NCBI GenBank assembly: GCA_045657045.1
Contig: JAZOSJ010000088.1
Location: 1-58,430, forward strand
Direction of reading: 5' to 3'
From: Alistipes sp.
GTDB lineage: Bacteria > Bacteroidota > Bacteroidia > Bacteroidales > Rikenellaceae
Length of the DNA stretch: 58,430 nucleotides
Part shown: positions 29,108 to 38,566 of the stretch, piece by piece
How positions within the stretch are numbered: position 1 is the stretch's first letter
Layout of the letters: each line of letters starts with the position of its first letter
Made by a program: the position numbers and the translations under genes
The notes under the pieces: model-generated
Told to the model about the DNA's origin: nothing
Database searches by the model: none
The model's input: the letters and a program-made list of their open reading frames with translations, nothing else

Positions 29108-29147
29108 TAGTCCGAATGGCATTTGCTGTTCGGACTATTTTGTTTTT
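29108..29147 (+). terminator. Intrinsic terminator after ald
   Basis: tagtccgaa...ttcggacta stem followed by ttttgttttt. Confidence 0.8.
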
Positions 29148-29254
29148 GAGTGTAGCTATCTAAATATTTCTATATTTTTTAGAGCTTTTAATTGTAAAAA
29201 TTTTTAGACAACAGAAATTTGTGGTATATTTGCGCTGTTGAATGTGTGGAATTG

Positions 29255-29290
29255 AAAAAGGATTACCCGACATAATGTCGAATAATCCTT
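29255..29290 (-). terminator. Terminator downstream of tRNA-Arg
   Basis: aaggatta..cgacat-a-atgtcg..taatcctt hairpin with a T-run on the minus strand. Confidence 0.7.
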
Positions 29291-29294
29291 GGAG

Positions 29295-29366
29295 TGACTC
29301 CGAAAGGATTCGAACCTTCATCGTAAGAACCGGAATCTTAAATTCTATCCATTGAACTACGGAGCC
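29295..29366 (-). tRNA. tRNA-Arg(CCG)
   Basis: GGCTCCG/CGGAGTC acceptor stem, TAGTTCAATGGATAGAA D-arm, TAAGA-TTCCGGT-TCTTA anticodon arm, GGTTCGAATCC T-arm. CCA not encoded. TATCTTTG promoter box at 29373-29380. Confidence 0.95.
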
Positions 29367-29440
29367 GCGATGCAAAGATAGAATATTTTTCTGAAAAATA
29401 TTATCATTGCGACACCAACAAGTGATGTAATAGAGAGTAT

Positions 29441-30085
29441 ATGACAAACAAATTCGATAATTGGTCGCGATTGCTTAAAGTGATTGAGCGTTTTGGAAAG
29501 TCTATTAATGGCTTTGCAATGAAGATTGGTCTGCAACGCGCTGAGAATATATACCATATTCGTAAGGGTAACTATGGTATATCTGAGGATTTGGCAGATA
29601 GGATTATCAACGTAGATTCTCAGATTGACAGAACGTGGCTGTTGTCGGGTGTGGGTGGTATGCTCAAAAGCGAGTGTATAGAGCTTGAACAGTTGCCTTT
29701 CTATATCGACGAGGTGGAGAAGATTCTTCCAAACATCGCTAATATTGAGCCGTCGTCGTATATCACAATGCCATACAAGACTCATTGCGATATTGTGGTG
29801 CGCTCATTCTCGAAGCCTATGAGCGACACTATATGTGCAGCGCAGGACCTCTTTTTGAAGCGTACGGAGGTCTATGAGGTGGTGCAGGGTAATGAGTATG
29901 TGCTGGTATTAAATCGCCCAACGGATAATGTGATTTGGCGTAGGGTGCGTTGGGTGTCGAAAGATGTTAACAGGTGGCGTTTGGTGGCGCGCAATAGAGA
30001 GGACTATAAGGATGAGTTTATAAATCGTAGCGAAGTGAAGGAGGCGTGGCGTGTAATTGCTCGCCTATCAGTGCTTGAAAGTTAG
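29441..30085 (+). CDS. Phage CI/LexA-like repressor (HTH plus degenerate S24 domain)
   Basis: SINGFAMKIGL...IYHI helix-turn-helix, WLLSGVGGML linker, C-terminal WRLVARN..Y.D..I....V...WRV. Confidence 0.7.
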   Translation: MTNKFDNWSRLLKVIERFGKSINGFAMKIGLQRAENIYHIRKGNYGISEDLADRIINVDSQIDRTWLLSGVGGMLKSECIELEQLPFYIDEVEKILPNIANIEPSSYITMPYKTHCDIVVRSFSKPMSDTICAAQDLFLKRTEVYEVVQGNEYVLVLNRPTDNVIWRRVRWVSKDVNRWRLVARNREDYKDEFINRSEVKEAWRVIARLSVLES

Positions 30086-30119
30086 AATAATAGAACAAAT
30101 ACTTAAATAAAAGATTGAA

Positions 30120-31046
30120 ATGGATATTTTGTCATTTGTGTGGAATTGGGATCCGACGCTTGTGATGCTCGGAAATATGGATATTCGCTGGTATGGTCTT
30201 ATGTGGGCTGTGGCAATACTTCTTGCCGAGCGTATCTGCAACTACACGTTTAGCCGCGAGGGTCTGCCTCCACGTACGTTAGAGTCTGCGTTTATTTGGA
30301 TTGTACTTGGTACTTTTATCGGTGCGCGTGTAGGTCACTGCCTGTTTTATGAACCAGAGACCTATCTTGTTGAGCCTTGGCGTATTATCACCGATATTCG
30401 TTCGGGAGGTATGGCAAGCCATGGTGCTGCAATAGGTATCATCCTCGGAATCTGGATGTTTACAAAGCGTAACCATCTGCCATTTGTATGGGGTATTGAC
30501 AGAATCGCTATCGTAACGCCTATTAGTGGTGCAATTATCCGTCTTGGTAACCTCTTTAATTCCGAGATTGTGGGCTTCCCAACAGAGTCGGATTTCGGCT
30601 TTAAGTTCGTATATCACGATGCCCGCCGTGCCTGGATTGAGACCTCGGGCAATGTGCCAGCCGAGATTATCGAGCAGATTCCGGCTCGACATCCAGCGCA
30701 GCTTTATGAGGCGATATGCTACTTCTTGATTTTCTTCTTGTTACTATGGTTGTATCGTAGCAAGGATATGGGTCGTCGTCGTCCAGGTTTGCTTACAGGC
30801 GTAGGTATGATTTGTGTCTTTGTGGCTCGCTTCTTTATTGAGTTTATCAAGGAGCGTCAGGTTAGTTTTGAGGATGGTATGTCGTTGGATATGGGTCAGT
30901 TGCTCAGTATTCCATTTATCATCTACGGTGTCTATATGACTATTCGAGCCTTTAAGCGTCCAGAGGTTACTGATTTGAATGCAGTAGTGGCACACGCAAA
31001 TCGCGAGTACGCAAAGGAGGATAAGAAGAAGGGTAAGAAGAGGTAG
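30120..31046 (+). CDS. lgt: Prolipoprotein diacylglyceryl transferase
   Basis: IRWYG, GARVGHCLFY, GGMASHG, IRLGNLFNSEIVG, HPAQLYEA, RFFIEFIK, MGQLLSIP. Confidence 0.96.
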   Translation: MDILSFVWNWDPTLVMLGNMDIRWYGLMWAVAILLAERICNYTFSREGLPPRTLESAFIWIVLGTFIGARVGHCLFYEPETYLVEPWRIITDIRSGGMASHGAAIGIILGIWMFTKRNHLPFVWGIDRIAIVTPISGAIIRLGNLFNSEIVGFPTESDFGFKFVYHDARRAWIETSGNVPAEIIEQIPARHPAQLYEAICYFLIFFLLLWLYRSKDMGRRRPGLLTGVGMICVFVARFFIEFIKERQVSFEDGMSLDMGQLLSIPFIIYGVYMTIRAFKRPEVTDLNAVVAHANREYAKEDKKKGKKR

Positions 31047-31049
31047 GGT

Positions 31050-31919
31050 ATGGTAAACGAAGTTGGCAAACTTATCTATAACGCTTTGGTTAAGTACCAC
31101 GCGGTATACCTTCCCGATGTGGGCACTCTAAGTGTGGTACGCAAAGCGGCTGTGATGAGCTCAAAAAGCGAACTCGTTGCGCCACGCTATCATATCGAAT
31201 ACTCTTCAAATAACTGCGCTAAATCGTTGGTTGATATCATATCTACCGAGGCCGCTGTTGATACAAGACGCGCTGAGGAGATGTATTCGCGTTGGTTGGA
31301 TAAGGCACGAGAGGGTAGTGTGGTTGTAGTGGATAGGGTAGGTACTCTGCGCGATAACTGTTTTATTGCTGACAATGGGCTTATCAAGGCTCTAAATATC
31401 TGCGAGCAACCATTGTATATAGCACGTCGTAAGAGCCATGCTCCAGTGTTTGTGACTATGATGATTATCCTTGTTTTGTGTGCTGCCGGAGTTGGTGTGT
31501 GGTGGTCTCTTAATTCAAAACCTGCGGTTGAGACTATCGAGTTAGTTGCAGAAAAGGTTGCTACGCCTCTAATTGAAATGCCTTTAATTAAAGAGGAACA
31601 ATCGTTTGATATAGAGCCTATTGAGGAGATTGTAGAGGAGGTTGAGATTCTGGATGTCGTGGCTGATTGGCGTACAAGGGAAGATGTTAGACATTGGGTA
31701 GTTGTAGGCAGCTATTCAACTACGGAGAATGCAGAGCGTGCGATTTCTGATATCTTAAAGCGTCACTCAGAGGCGCAGTGTAATTACTTCAAATTGGGTA
31801 GTATGTATGCTGTCGCAGTCTTTGGTAGTGCTGATGTTGGTGAGTGTCAGCAGTTTAAGCGAGCTCATACAGAGGAGTTTCCACAGTCGTGGGTATATAC
31901 GCCAAAGAGGTTTAGATAG
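31050..31919 (+). CDS. SPOR-domain membrane protein with N-terminal HU-like (CCDC81-type) domain
   Basis: VYLPDVGTL N-terminus, central TM helix, C-terminal WVVVGSYSTTENAER...WV. Confidence 0.7.
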   Translation: MVNEVGKLIYNALVKYHAVYLPDVGTLSVVRKAAVMSSKSELVAPRYHIEYSSNNCAKSLVDIISTEAAVDTRRAEEMYSRWLDKAREGSVVVVDRVGTLRDNCFIADNGLIKALNICEQPLYIARRKSHAPVFVTMMIILVLCAAGVGVWWSLNSKPAVETIELVAEKVATPLIEMPLIKEEQSFDIEPIEEIVEEVEILDVVADWRTREDVRHWVVVGSYSTTENAERAISDILKRHSEAQCNYFKLGSMYAVAVFGSADVGECQQFKRAHTEEFPQSWVYTPKRFR

Positions 31920-31922
31920 GCT

Positions 31923-32420
31923 ATGTGGTTTGCTCAAAGACTTATAGATATAGTGGATGCCCTATATATTAAGCCTTTACACGGCTTAATATCGCGTAAT
32001 CTGTTTGGTTATGGTCTGTGTGGCGCTGTGAATATGTTGCTCGATACACTTTGGTATTTCCTTATATATCACTATGTTGTGCGTGAAAGCTATGTCGATT
32101 TGGGTTTTGTGGTGATGTCGCCACATATCTTGTCGCTATTTATTGTCTTTCCAATCACCTTTTTTACGGGCTTTTGGCTTAATCGCAATGTAGCGTTTAG
32201 AGCCACAAAGGTAGGCTCACAAAAACAGCTTTTCCGTTACGCTTTATCGGTTGTTGGCTCAATCCTTATTAATTATGTCTGTATGAAACTCTTTGTCGAG
32301 TCATTCAATATATGGCCAACGCCATCGAAGATGCTAACGACTATAATATCTGTATGTTATAGTTATCTTATGGCAAGATATGTTACATTTATTGCTGATT
32401 CAAATAATTCTTCTAAATAG
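31923..32420 (+). CDS. GtrA family membrane protein
   Basis: YGLCGAVNMLLD, FWLNRNVAF, QLFRY, YSYLMARYVTF. Confidence 0.85.
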   Translation: MWFAQRLIDIVDALYIKPLHGLISRNLFGYGLCGAVNMLLDTLWYFLIYHYVVRESYVDLGFVVMSPHILSLFIVFPITFFTGFWLNRNVAFRATKVGSQKQLFRYALSVVGSILINYVCMKLFVESFNIWPTPSKMLTTIISVCYSYLMARYVTFIADSNNSSK

Positions 32421-32506
32421 TTGATTATCTGGCGAATATGATGCGTGATTTAACATAATGTACATTATGCGACAAAATTAAGTAGGGTAATATTATATAG
32501 ATAGAT

Positions 32507-33004
32507 TTGATGTTTATGGAGATTGGATTACTTATAATTGCGTTGGCTGCTGGTGTTGTAGGTCTTATAGGGGTTATTGTCCCCGTGTTGCCAGGAACGC
32601 TACTTTCGTTTGCGGGTATGGTGTGTGCATACTTTGTTACGGGTAGTACGATTACGACCACACAGCTTATTGTGTGCGGTGTAGTCTCGGTTGCTGTGGT
32701 TCTACTTGATTACCTCTTGCCGGGATATTTTACTAAGGTATTTGGTGGTACTAAGGCGGGAATTACGGGTGCCACAATAGGTACATTTGTGGGTCTCCTT
32801 TTTGGTATTCCTGGCATTATCCTTGGTCCATTCTTTGGTGCGGTTATTGGCGAGATGGTTGGCAGTAAAGTCGATATTGACAGAGCATTGTCTGTTGGTC
32901 TTGGATCACTATTATCCTTTTTGGTTGGCTCAGGAATCAAGCTTATTGTAGGATTATATATGATTTATCATATAGCAAAGGTGTTTATGGGCGTTGTATT
33001 ATAA
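32507..33004 (+). CDS. DUF456 family membrane protein
   Basis: GLIGVIVPVLPGT, FGGTKAG..GATIG, GIILGPFFGAVIGE. Confidence 0.88.
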   Translation: MMFMEIGLLIIALAAGVVGLIGVIVPVLPGTLLSFAGMVCAYFVTGSTITTTQLIVCGVVSVAVVLLDYLLPGYFTKVFGGTKAGITGATIGTFVGLLFGIPGIILGPFFGAVIGEMVGSKVDIDRALSVGLGSLLSFLVGSGIKLIVGLYMIYHIAKVFMGVVL

Positions 33005-33008
33005 CTTC

Positions 33009-33782
33009 CTAGAAATCAAGAAGTCTATATTTTAATCGAACACTATCCATTGGCATAATATCCTCATAATGCCACCATTCTCGGCGATATGGATATAGCT
33101 TCGCTTCCAGCATAACCTCCAAGAGTAAAATTCTATTGTTGGCTGCTATGCGGCTGATTACACCATTTGTTACTAAGTTCTCAATATAGGTGCGATATAT
33201 CTCTATTGTGCGAGTTTTAGGGTCGCTTGTGTCGGGTGTGCCTTTGACGGATGCTGCATTGCTAAAGTCGTCAAATCCTGTACCCATATCTAATGGCACA
33301 CCATCAATGGTGGCTATGGTTAGGTCTACGGCAACGCCATAATTGTGTCGTCCTCCACGCTTGCCATCAGCTACAAATCGCTCCAATTCAGTGCCTTCAA
33401 CCATCTTTCTCATAGCGCGTTGTGTACTAATAGGTCGTGCTGCATCATATATTAGTAAGGTGTAGCTTGCATTGCGCTCTTTGAGTATTTTTTGTGCCTT
33501 AACTACCCTATTTGCAAACTCCTTTTCAAGGTACGCCCGTTTTAAGTCGCCATACATATCTCGACCTACGAAGTTGTCATTTGTAGAATACTTTAACTCA
33601 ACCAAAATTTCGGGGTCGAGCTTCTGGATGTCAACCATTCCATACTCTTGCATGAGTGCATTGAGGTTGGTTTGCTGCGCTGCTACAATGTGTGGTGTTG
33701 TGATACTAAAAATTATAGCAATCAGCAGTTTTATACCTAAACTGCCGATTGCTATAAAATTGTATTTATTTCTCATTGCCAA
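33009..33782 (-). CDS. M15 D-Ala-D-Ala dipeptidase (VanX/DdpX family), exported
   Basis: YSTNDNFVG, IYDAARP, HNYGVAVDLT, DMGTGFD, EWWHY. Confidence 0.9.
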   Translation of the reverse strand: MAMRNKYNFIAIGSLGIKLLIAIIFSITTPHIVAAQQTNLNALMQEYGMVDIQKLDPEILVELKYSTNDNFVGRDMYGDLKRAYLEKEFANRVVKAQKILKERNASYTLLIYDAARPISTQRAMRKMVEGTELERFVADGKRGGRHNYGVAVDLTIATIDGVPLDMGTGFDDFSNAASVKGTPDTSDPKTRTIEIYRTYIENLVTNGVISRIAANNRILLLEVMLEAKLYPYRREWWHYEDIMPMDSVRLKYRLLDF

Positions 33783-34769
33783 CTATTTGTCGATATATAC
33801 CTCCATTAGTTTTGCGTTGCCCTCGATGGTGATGTCGCCCACCTCGGCAGGGATAAGTATTACCTCGCCCTCGGCAAGATTCTCCTCCTCGCCATCAGCG
33901 ATAATGCGAACAGAACCATTAAGAGCTATGTAGACTACAAACGAATCAAGCATCGAACGATCCAGCTCCTTAACTCCACTAACATTGTGAAGGGTCATGG
34001 TAAAGTAGTTACAGTCGATAACCTTAGCTTCGCCGCCTCGCTCCAAATTGTATTTGCGATGTAGAAGTTCGGCATCTGCCTCGAAATCAATGGCATCAAT
34101 AGCAAGTGAAGTATGCAACTCTCTACCCTTTCCGTTGGCATCCACTCTATCCCAATCATATATACGATAAGTGACATCCGATGTCTGCTGCACCTCGACA
34201 ACCTCGATGCCTGCACCAAGAGCATGTACCGTACCAGCAGGGATAAAGAATACGTCACCAGGCTTTACCGGAACTCTGTTGAGTAGAGATTCAAGGCGCG
34301 ACTCTGCTACCGCTGCAATATACTCCTCGCGGGTGATATTCAAATCCTTAAAACCTAAATATATTGCAGCATCCTCCTTGCAATCAACGACGTACCAGGC
34401 TTCGGTTTTGCCATAGCTGTTGTGGCGCTCCTCAGCAAGAATGTCGTCAGGGTGCACCTGAACAGAGAGTTTGTCGTTGCAGTCAAGATATTTTATAAGG
34501 AGTGGGAATTCAAGACCGTAGCGCTCGAAGTTCTTCTCGCCGATTAGCTCACCCATATATACCTCGATAATCTCTTCAAGGTTATTGCCTTTTAGAAATC
34601 CATTTGCAACAACAGAGATATCCCCCTTTATAGATGATAAATCCCAACTCTCGCCATATAACTTATCTTTTGCAAGGCGACCTGCCGCCTTACCCTTCTT
34701 CTTTAATATTACCTGACCACCCCAGATTCGCTCCTTTGCACGTGGCTTAAACTTAATAGGATAGAGCAT
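33783..34769 (-). CDS. manA: Mannose-6-phosphate isomerase, class I
   Basis: IWGG, GESW, FPLLIK, LSVQVHPDD, GKTEAW, IPAGTVHA, EVQQTSDVTYR. Confidence 0.93.
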   Translation of the reverse strand: MLYPIKFKPRAKERIWGGQVILKKKGKAAGRLAKDKLYGESWDLSSIKGDISVVANGFLKGNNLEEIIEVYMGELIGEKNFERYGLEFPLLIKYLDCNDKLSVQVHPDDILAEERHNSYGKTEAWYVVDCKEDAAIYLGFKDLNITREEYIAAVAESRLESLLNRVPVKPGDVFFIPAGTVHALGAGIEVVEVQQTSDVTYRIYDWDRVDANGKGRELHTSLAIDAIDFEADAELLHRKYNLERGGEAKVIDCNYFTMTLHNVSGVKELDRSMLDSFVVYIALNGSVRIIADGEEENLAEGEVILIPAEVGDITIEGNAKLMEVYIDK

Positions 34770-34779
34770 ATTATCTTAA

Positions 34780-36069
34780 CTAAAATAGAGTTTCCACATA
34801 ATTAACCACCTCGTCAACTGTAACATTGAGAGAGAAGGTCTTAATCGGTTTAAGATAGAATAATTCGCGGTTCTTCTTCGCTGCCTCCTCGCCTGCGCCT
34901 GTTATGTTTAGCATAATGCAGGCATTCTTATCTATCGAGCCGCTCTCGACCATCTTGATAAGTGACGCAAGGGCTACAGCTGGTGCTGGATGGATATCGA
35001 TACCCTCCAACTCCTTGAATAGCTTGCCTGCGCGGCGTGCTTGGGCATTTGTTGCTACTACAACATCTCCATTAGTAGCTTTTAGCGCATCATACAAGCC
35101 ACCAGCAAAGGTGTATGGAGGTCGGCGATTTGATAGTACCTTAGCATCAATTAGCTCTGCATCACGGCGAGCCTTCTTTGCATCGTATGCCAACATTTCG
35201 CGCGAGTCAGCGCGCCACGCATCATAGATAGGTACAAATGGAGCATTCTGCGATACTATCAATTTCATAAGGTTATTACCATAGCGGCCATCTTCGATTA
35301 GACGCATATTAGCCTCCCATGCTGCAATAGCGCCCGTGCCGCTACCTACTGCCTGAAAATAGTAGTCTGGAATGCGACCAATGGTAGTTACGGCAGATAG
35401 CACGGTTGTGCCCATGCCATCGCGGCGTGCAATATTTTTTGCGCCACCCTCAGCGTAGAACTTGTGAGATTTGAGCGCCATGTTGCTAAGGTTGATAGCA
35501 TCGAAATAGTCGCCGCCCTTCTCGCATGCAATAAGCTTTACACAGTCGTTTATAGGCTCTGTAAACCACAGAGCATCAAGGTTATCTGTTGGTACAGCGA
35601 GAAGTAGCTTTATGTTGTTATCCGAGCATACACGAGCAAAAGCACGCGCGGTATTACCTGCTGATGCGACAACAAGAATACGCTCCTCACTCTGGTCCAT
35701 TCGTGCACAAACGCTATATGCCTCGGTCTCTTTGAACGAGCAAGTTGTCATCTTAACGCCGTGGCGTGGAGCATAGCCGTTGAGTGTGATCCAGAGGTTT
35801 GACAAGCCAAGGTGCTTGGCTAATGCCTCGCTCTTATATGTTACCGGTGCTGATGAGCCATTTAGAATGCGCTTTACGGGGAGCCAATCGCAGAATTTGT
35901 AGAATCCATACTCGTCGGATTTTAGGTTTAGCTGCTTGTTGGCGTAGCTTGCACGCACCAATGATGGTGTTTTGCACTCTGCGTCATCTAATATCCACCC
36001 TGTGTCGTCAAATTCGCGACCTGTGGCGATACACTGCAACGTGTATTTTGTGGGTTTGAAGTTTTCCAT
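34780..36069 (-). CDS. Cysteate synthase (threonine-synthase-like PLP enzyme)
   Basis: TCSFKETEA (PLP Lys), VASAGNTARAF, EGGAKNIARRDGMGT, YFQAVGSGTG, VLSNRRPPY, LNITG; matches the methanogen-type cysteate synthase pattern. Confidence 0.8.
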   Translation of the reverse strand: MENFKPTKYTLQCIATGREFDDTGWILDDAECKTPSLVRASYANKQLNLKSDEYGFYKFCDWLPVKRILNGSSAPVTYKSEALAKHLGLSNLWITLNGYAPRHGVKMTTCSFKETEAYSVCARMDQSEERILVVASAGNTARAFARVCSDNNIKLLLAVPTDNLDALWFTEPINDCVKLIACEKGGDYFDAINLSNMALKSHKFYAEGGAKNIARRDGMGTTVLSAVTTIGRIPDYYFQAVGSGTGAIAAWEANMRLIEDGRYGNNLMKLIVSQNAPFVPIYDAWRADSREMLAYDAKKARRDAELIDAKVLSNRRPPYTFAGGLYDALKATNGDVVVATNAQARRAGKLFKELEGIDIHPAPAVALASLIKMVESGSIDKNACIMLNITGAGEEAAKKNRELFYLKPIKTFSLNVTVDEVVNYVETLF

Positions 36070-36215
36070 TTGCCTAATCTATTTACAGTGTGCAAATGTA
36101 ATTAAAAATAGTGATACTACAAAAGAATAAAATATGTTTGATAATGGAAAAATATTGCTATCTTTGTCCTTTACTTACATAGTAAGTACGATAAAGAATA
36201 AAATGATATTGAAAT

Positions 36216-37919
36216 ATGAAAAAGATTTTTCTATGGATTGTGGTGGTTGTGCTTATGATTGGCGCATCGGTAGCCCTATTTCTGCGTGTTTCTAAGGATG
36301 AACAAGTGGTTGCGCTTCAACCTATTGAGGATCCTGTGTTTGTCTATGTAAATCTCGAGCAGCTTGCTACGAAAGGCGCTTTCGAAAAGTTTATAACGCC
36401 TGAGAATCGCTCGTTTATAGCTACGATACTATCGTCACAATTAGAGGGCGATGGTGATGCAGAGCATCTTAAAAGCATTATTACTAACCTCGATACGATA
36501 GGTGTTGATATTCACACTCCTATCTATGGCTATATAAATGAAAACTTGACCGACTGCGTAGTTGTCGCTAAGGTTTCGGATAGGGTGCAGTTGGATCGTT
36601 CTGTGGCGCTGTTGTCCTATATTTTGATGCAGGGTGATGTCGATATTTGTGAAGTTGAGAGTGATGGCGATATGCGTATTTTTGAGAGTGGTGATATTGT
36701 GCTTGCATATAACGACTCTCGCGTAGCGTGCGCGTTTGGTGCAGAGAGTGATTCCACGCTCGATGTTGCTAAGATGGCTATAACACGACCAGAGTCCGAC
36801 TTGTCTCGATTCGAGGCGATGGATTTGGCTATGTTGGTAAATGCGGATAGACTAATTCAGAATGCATACACATATGTAAGCAATGAAGTCACAAAGCTTA
36901 ACGGCGAATTTGCTGAAGGTTATGTTAGCGAGGTGAAATATAATAAAGAGATGGATAAGCTAAACTCGGCTAATGAGTTGATAAATAGTTATTCAACGTA
37001 TTTTAATCCTAATGCAAATATCCTATTGTCTGCAACATTTGACTTGGGTCGTGCAACGCTTGCATATAGCTCTGAGGGTCTAAATTTTGGTGAGTACGCA
37101 GCTCTTTGCAAACCTACAAATTCAACACATCTTAGCACCCTTGATAAGGAGAGCTTTGCAGTGCTAAGTGCTGGTGTTGATGGAGGGGTCTTGGCACAGT
37201 TGGTACGAACAATCCTAAATGGCGACACGTTGCAAAGTGTTGGTATTAAGCCTACAAACGAGGTAAATATGTTCGTGTCGATTGCGTGTGATGCACTAAG
37301 CACCATTAATGGCGGTGTAACCATCGCTTTGGAGGATGTTGACGGCAAGATTAAGCAGCGATACAACCACTATTGGGACGAATACTATATTGAGCCCTCT
37401 ATTAAGAGTGTTAAGGCTATGTTGATGGCGGATGTGACTGACACATATATTATTAGCAATATCGCGCAGTTTGCAGGCGGTTTCCTTAAAAAGGTCGACG
37501 CAACGCACTACACCCTACGCTTGATGAATAACAACTTCTCGATGGGTCAGGATGATAACTTGTTCTATCTTGGTGTTAACACTTTGCCTCAAACCCTAAC
37601 CTCTTCGGCATTGGATGCTGAGTGGTTGAAGGATGTAGAGGGCGCTGTGGGATATATGGTCGTAAATTTCGACGCGCTTATGGCAAGCAAGTTTATGAAG
37701 TCGACAAATGAGTATATACTAACGCAGATTATGGAGGAGTATCGCGAGTTGTATAGCAGTGCAACAGAGATGGTTAGCTATATATATACCTCGGTGGATA
37801 GCCTTGAATCGGCAGAGGTGGTTGTGGTGTTTGATGATAAGAGCGTGAATGCACTCGAACAGATAAACACTCTTGTTTTGCCAATATTGGTTAAAGAATC
37901 TCTAAATTCGTTGTATTAG
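36216..37919 (+). CDS. Membrane-anchored hypothetical protein (DUF4836-like)
   Basis: N-terminal TM, GVD...PIYGY, C-terminal NALEQI; first gene of an ABC operon; TATCTTTG box at 36159-36166. Confidence 0.6.
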   Translation: MKKIFLWIVVVVLMIGASVALFLRVSKDEQVVALQPIEDPVFVYVNLEQLATKGAFEKFITPENRSFIATILSSQLEGDGDAEHLKSIITNLDTIGVDIHTPIYGYINENLTDCVVVAKVSDRVQLDRSVALLSYILMQGDVDICEVESDGDMRIFESGDIVLAYNDSRVACAFGAESDSTLDVAKMAITRPESDLSRFEAMDLAMLVNADRLIQNAYTYVSNEVTKLNGEFAEGYVSEVKYNKEMDKLNSANELINSYSTYFNPNANILLSATFDLGRATLAYSSEGLNFGEYAALCKPTNSTHLSTLDKESFAVLSAGVDGGVLAQLVRTILNGDTLQSVGIKPTNEVNMFVSIACDALSTINGGVTIALEDVDGKIKQRYNHYWDEYYIEPSIKSVKAMLMADVTDTYIISNIAQFAGGFLKKVDATHYTLRLMNNNFSMGQDDNLFYLGVNTLPQTLTSSALDAEWLKDVEGAVGYMVVNFDALMASKFMKSTNEYILTQIMEEYRELYSSATEMVSYIYTSVDSLESAEVVVVFDDKSVNALEQINTLVLPILVKESLNSLY

Positions 37920-37921
37920 AA

Positions 37922-38566
37922 ATGAATCGAATTACACTAAATAACGTTGTGCCTGAGATATTTGCCTCGCGCGAGGGGCTGATATCGGATATATGGCATC
38001 GCGATGTTAGCTTCGAACGCGGCAAGAGATACCTTGTGCGTGCAGAGTCTGGTACGGGTAAGTCGTCGCTATGTAGCTATATCTATGGTCAGCGCGGCGA
38101 CTATCGTGGTGTTATAAGCTTTGATAACGAGGATATTAGTCGTTTTAATAGCGCGCAATGGAGCGATATTCGCCAAACTAAGATAAGCGTTCTCTTTCAG
38201 GAGCTAAGACTCTTTGGTGAGTTAACGGCGTTGGAAAATGTCTGGATTAAAAACTCGATTACGAACTTTAAGCAACGTGATGAGATTGTAGCTCTATTTG
38301 AGGAGCTTGGCATTGTTGATAAACTTAACTCTCGCACCGACCGTCTATCCTATGGACAGCAGCAGCGCGTGGCGTTGATTCGCGCTCTATGTCAGCCATT
38401 TAGCTTCTTATTGCTCGATGAGCCTATCTCACATCTTGATGATAAAAATAGCGATATTATGCGCGATGTGATTCTACGTGAGGTGGATAAGCAGGGCGCG
38501 GGTGTGATAGCAACTTCTATTGGTAAACATATGAATATTGACTACGACCTATGCCTAAATCTATAG
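37922..38566 (+). CDS. ABC transporter ATP-binding protein
   Basis: AESGTGKSS, LSYGQQQR, LLLDEP. Confidence 0.9.
   Translation: MNRITLNNVVPEIFASREGLISDIWHRDVSFERGKRYLVRAESGTGKSSLCSYIYGQRGDYRGVISFDNEDISRFNSAQWSDIRQTKISVLFQELRLFGELTALENVWIKNSITNFKQRDEIVALFEELGIVDKLNSRTDRLSYGQQQRVALIRALCQPFSFLLLDEPISHLDDKNSDIMRDVILREVDKQGAGVIATSIGKHMNIDYDLCLNL

Noticed and set aside
29295-30085. Prophage or genomic island integrated at tRNA-Arg
   Set aside because: No integrase, no duplicated tRNA 3' end noticed, and both flanks are housekeeping genes.
33009-33782. Vancomycin resistance gene (vanX)
   Set aside because: No vanH/vanA/vanRS nearby. Exported M15 dipeptidases are ordinary cell-wall enzymes in Bacteroidota.
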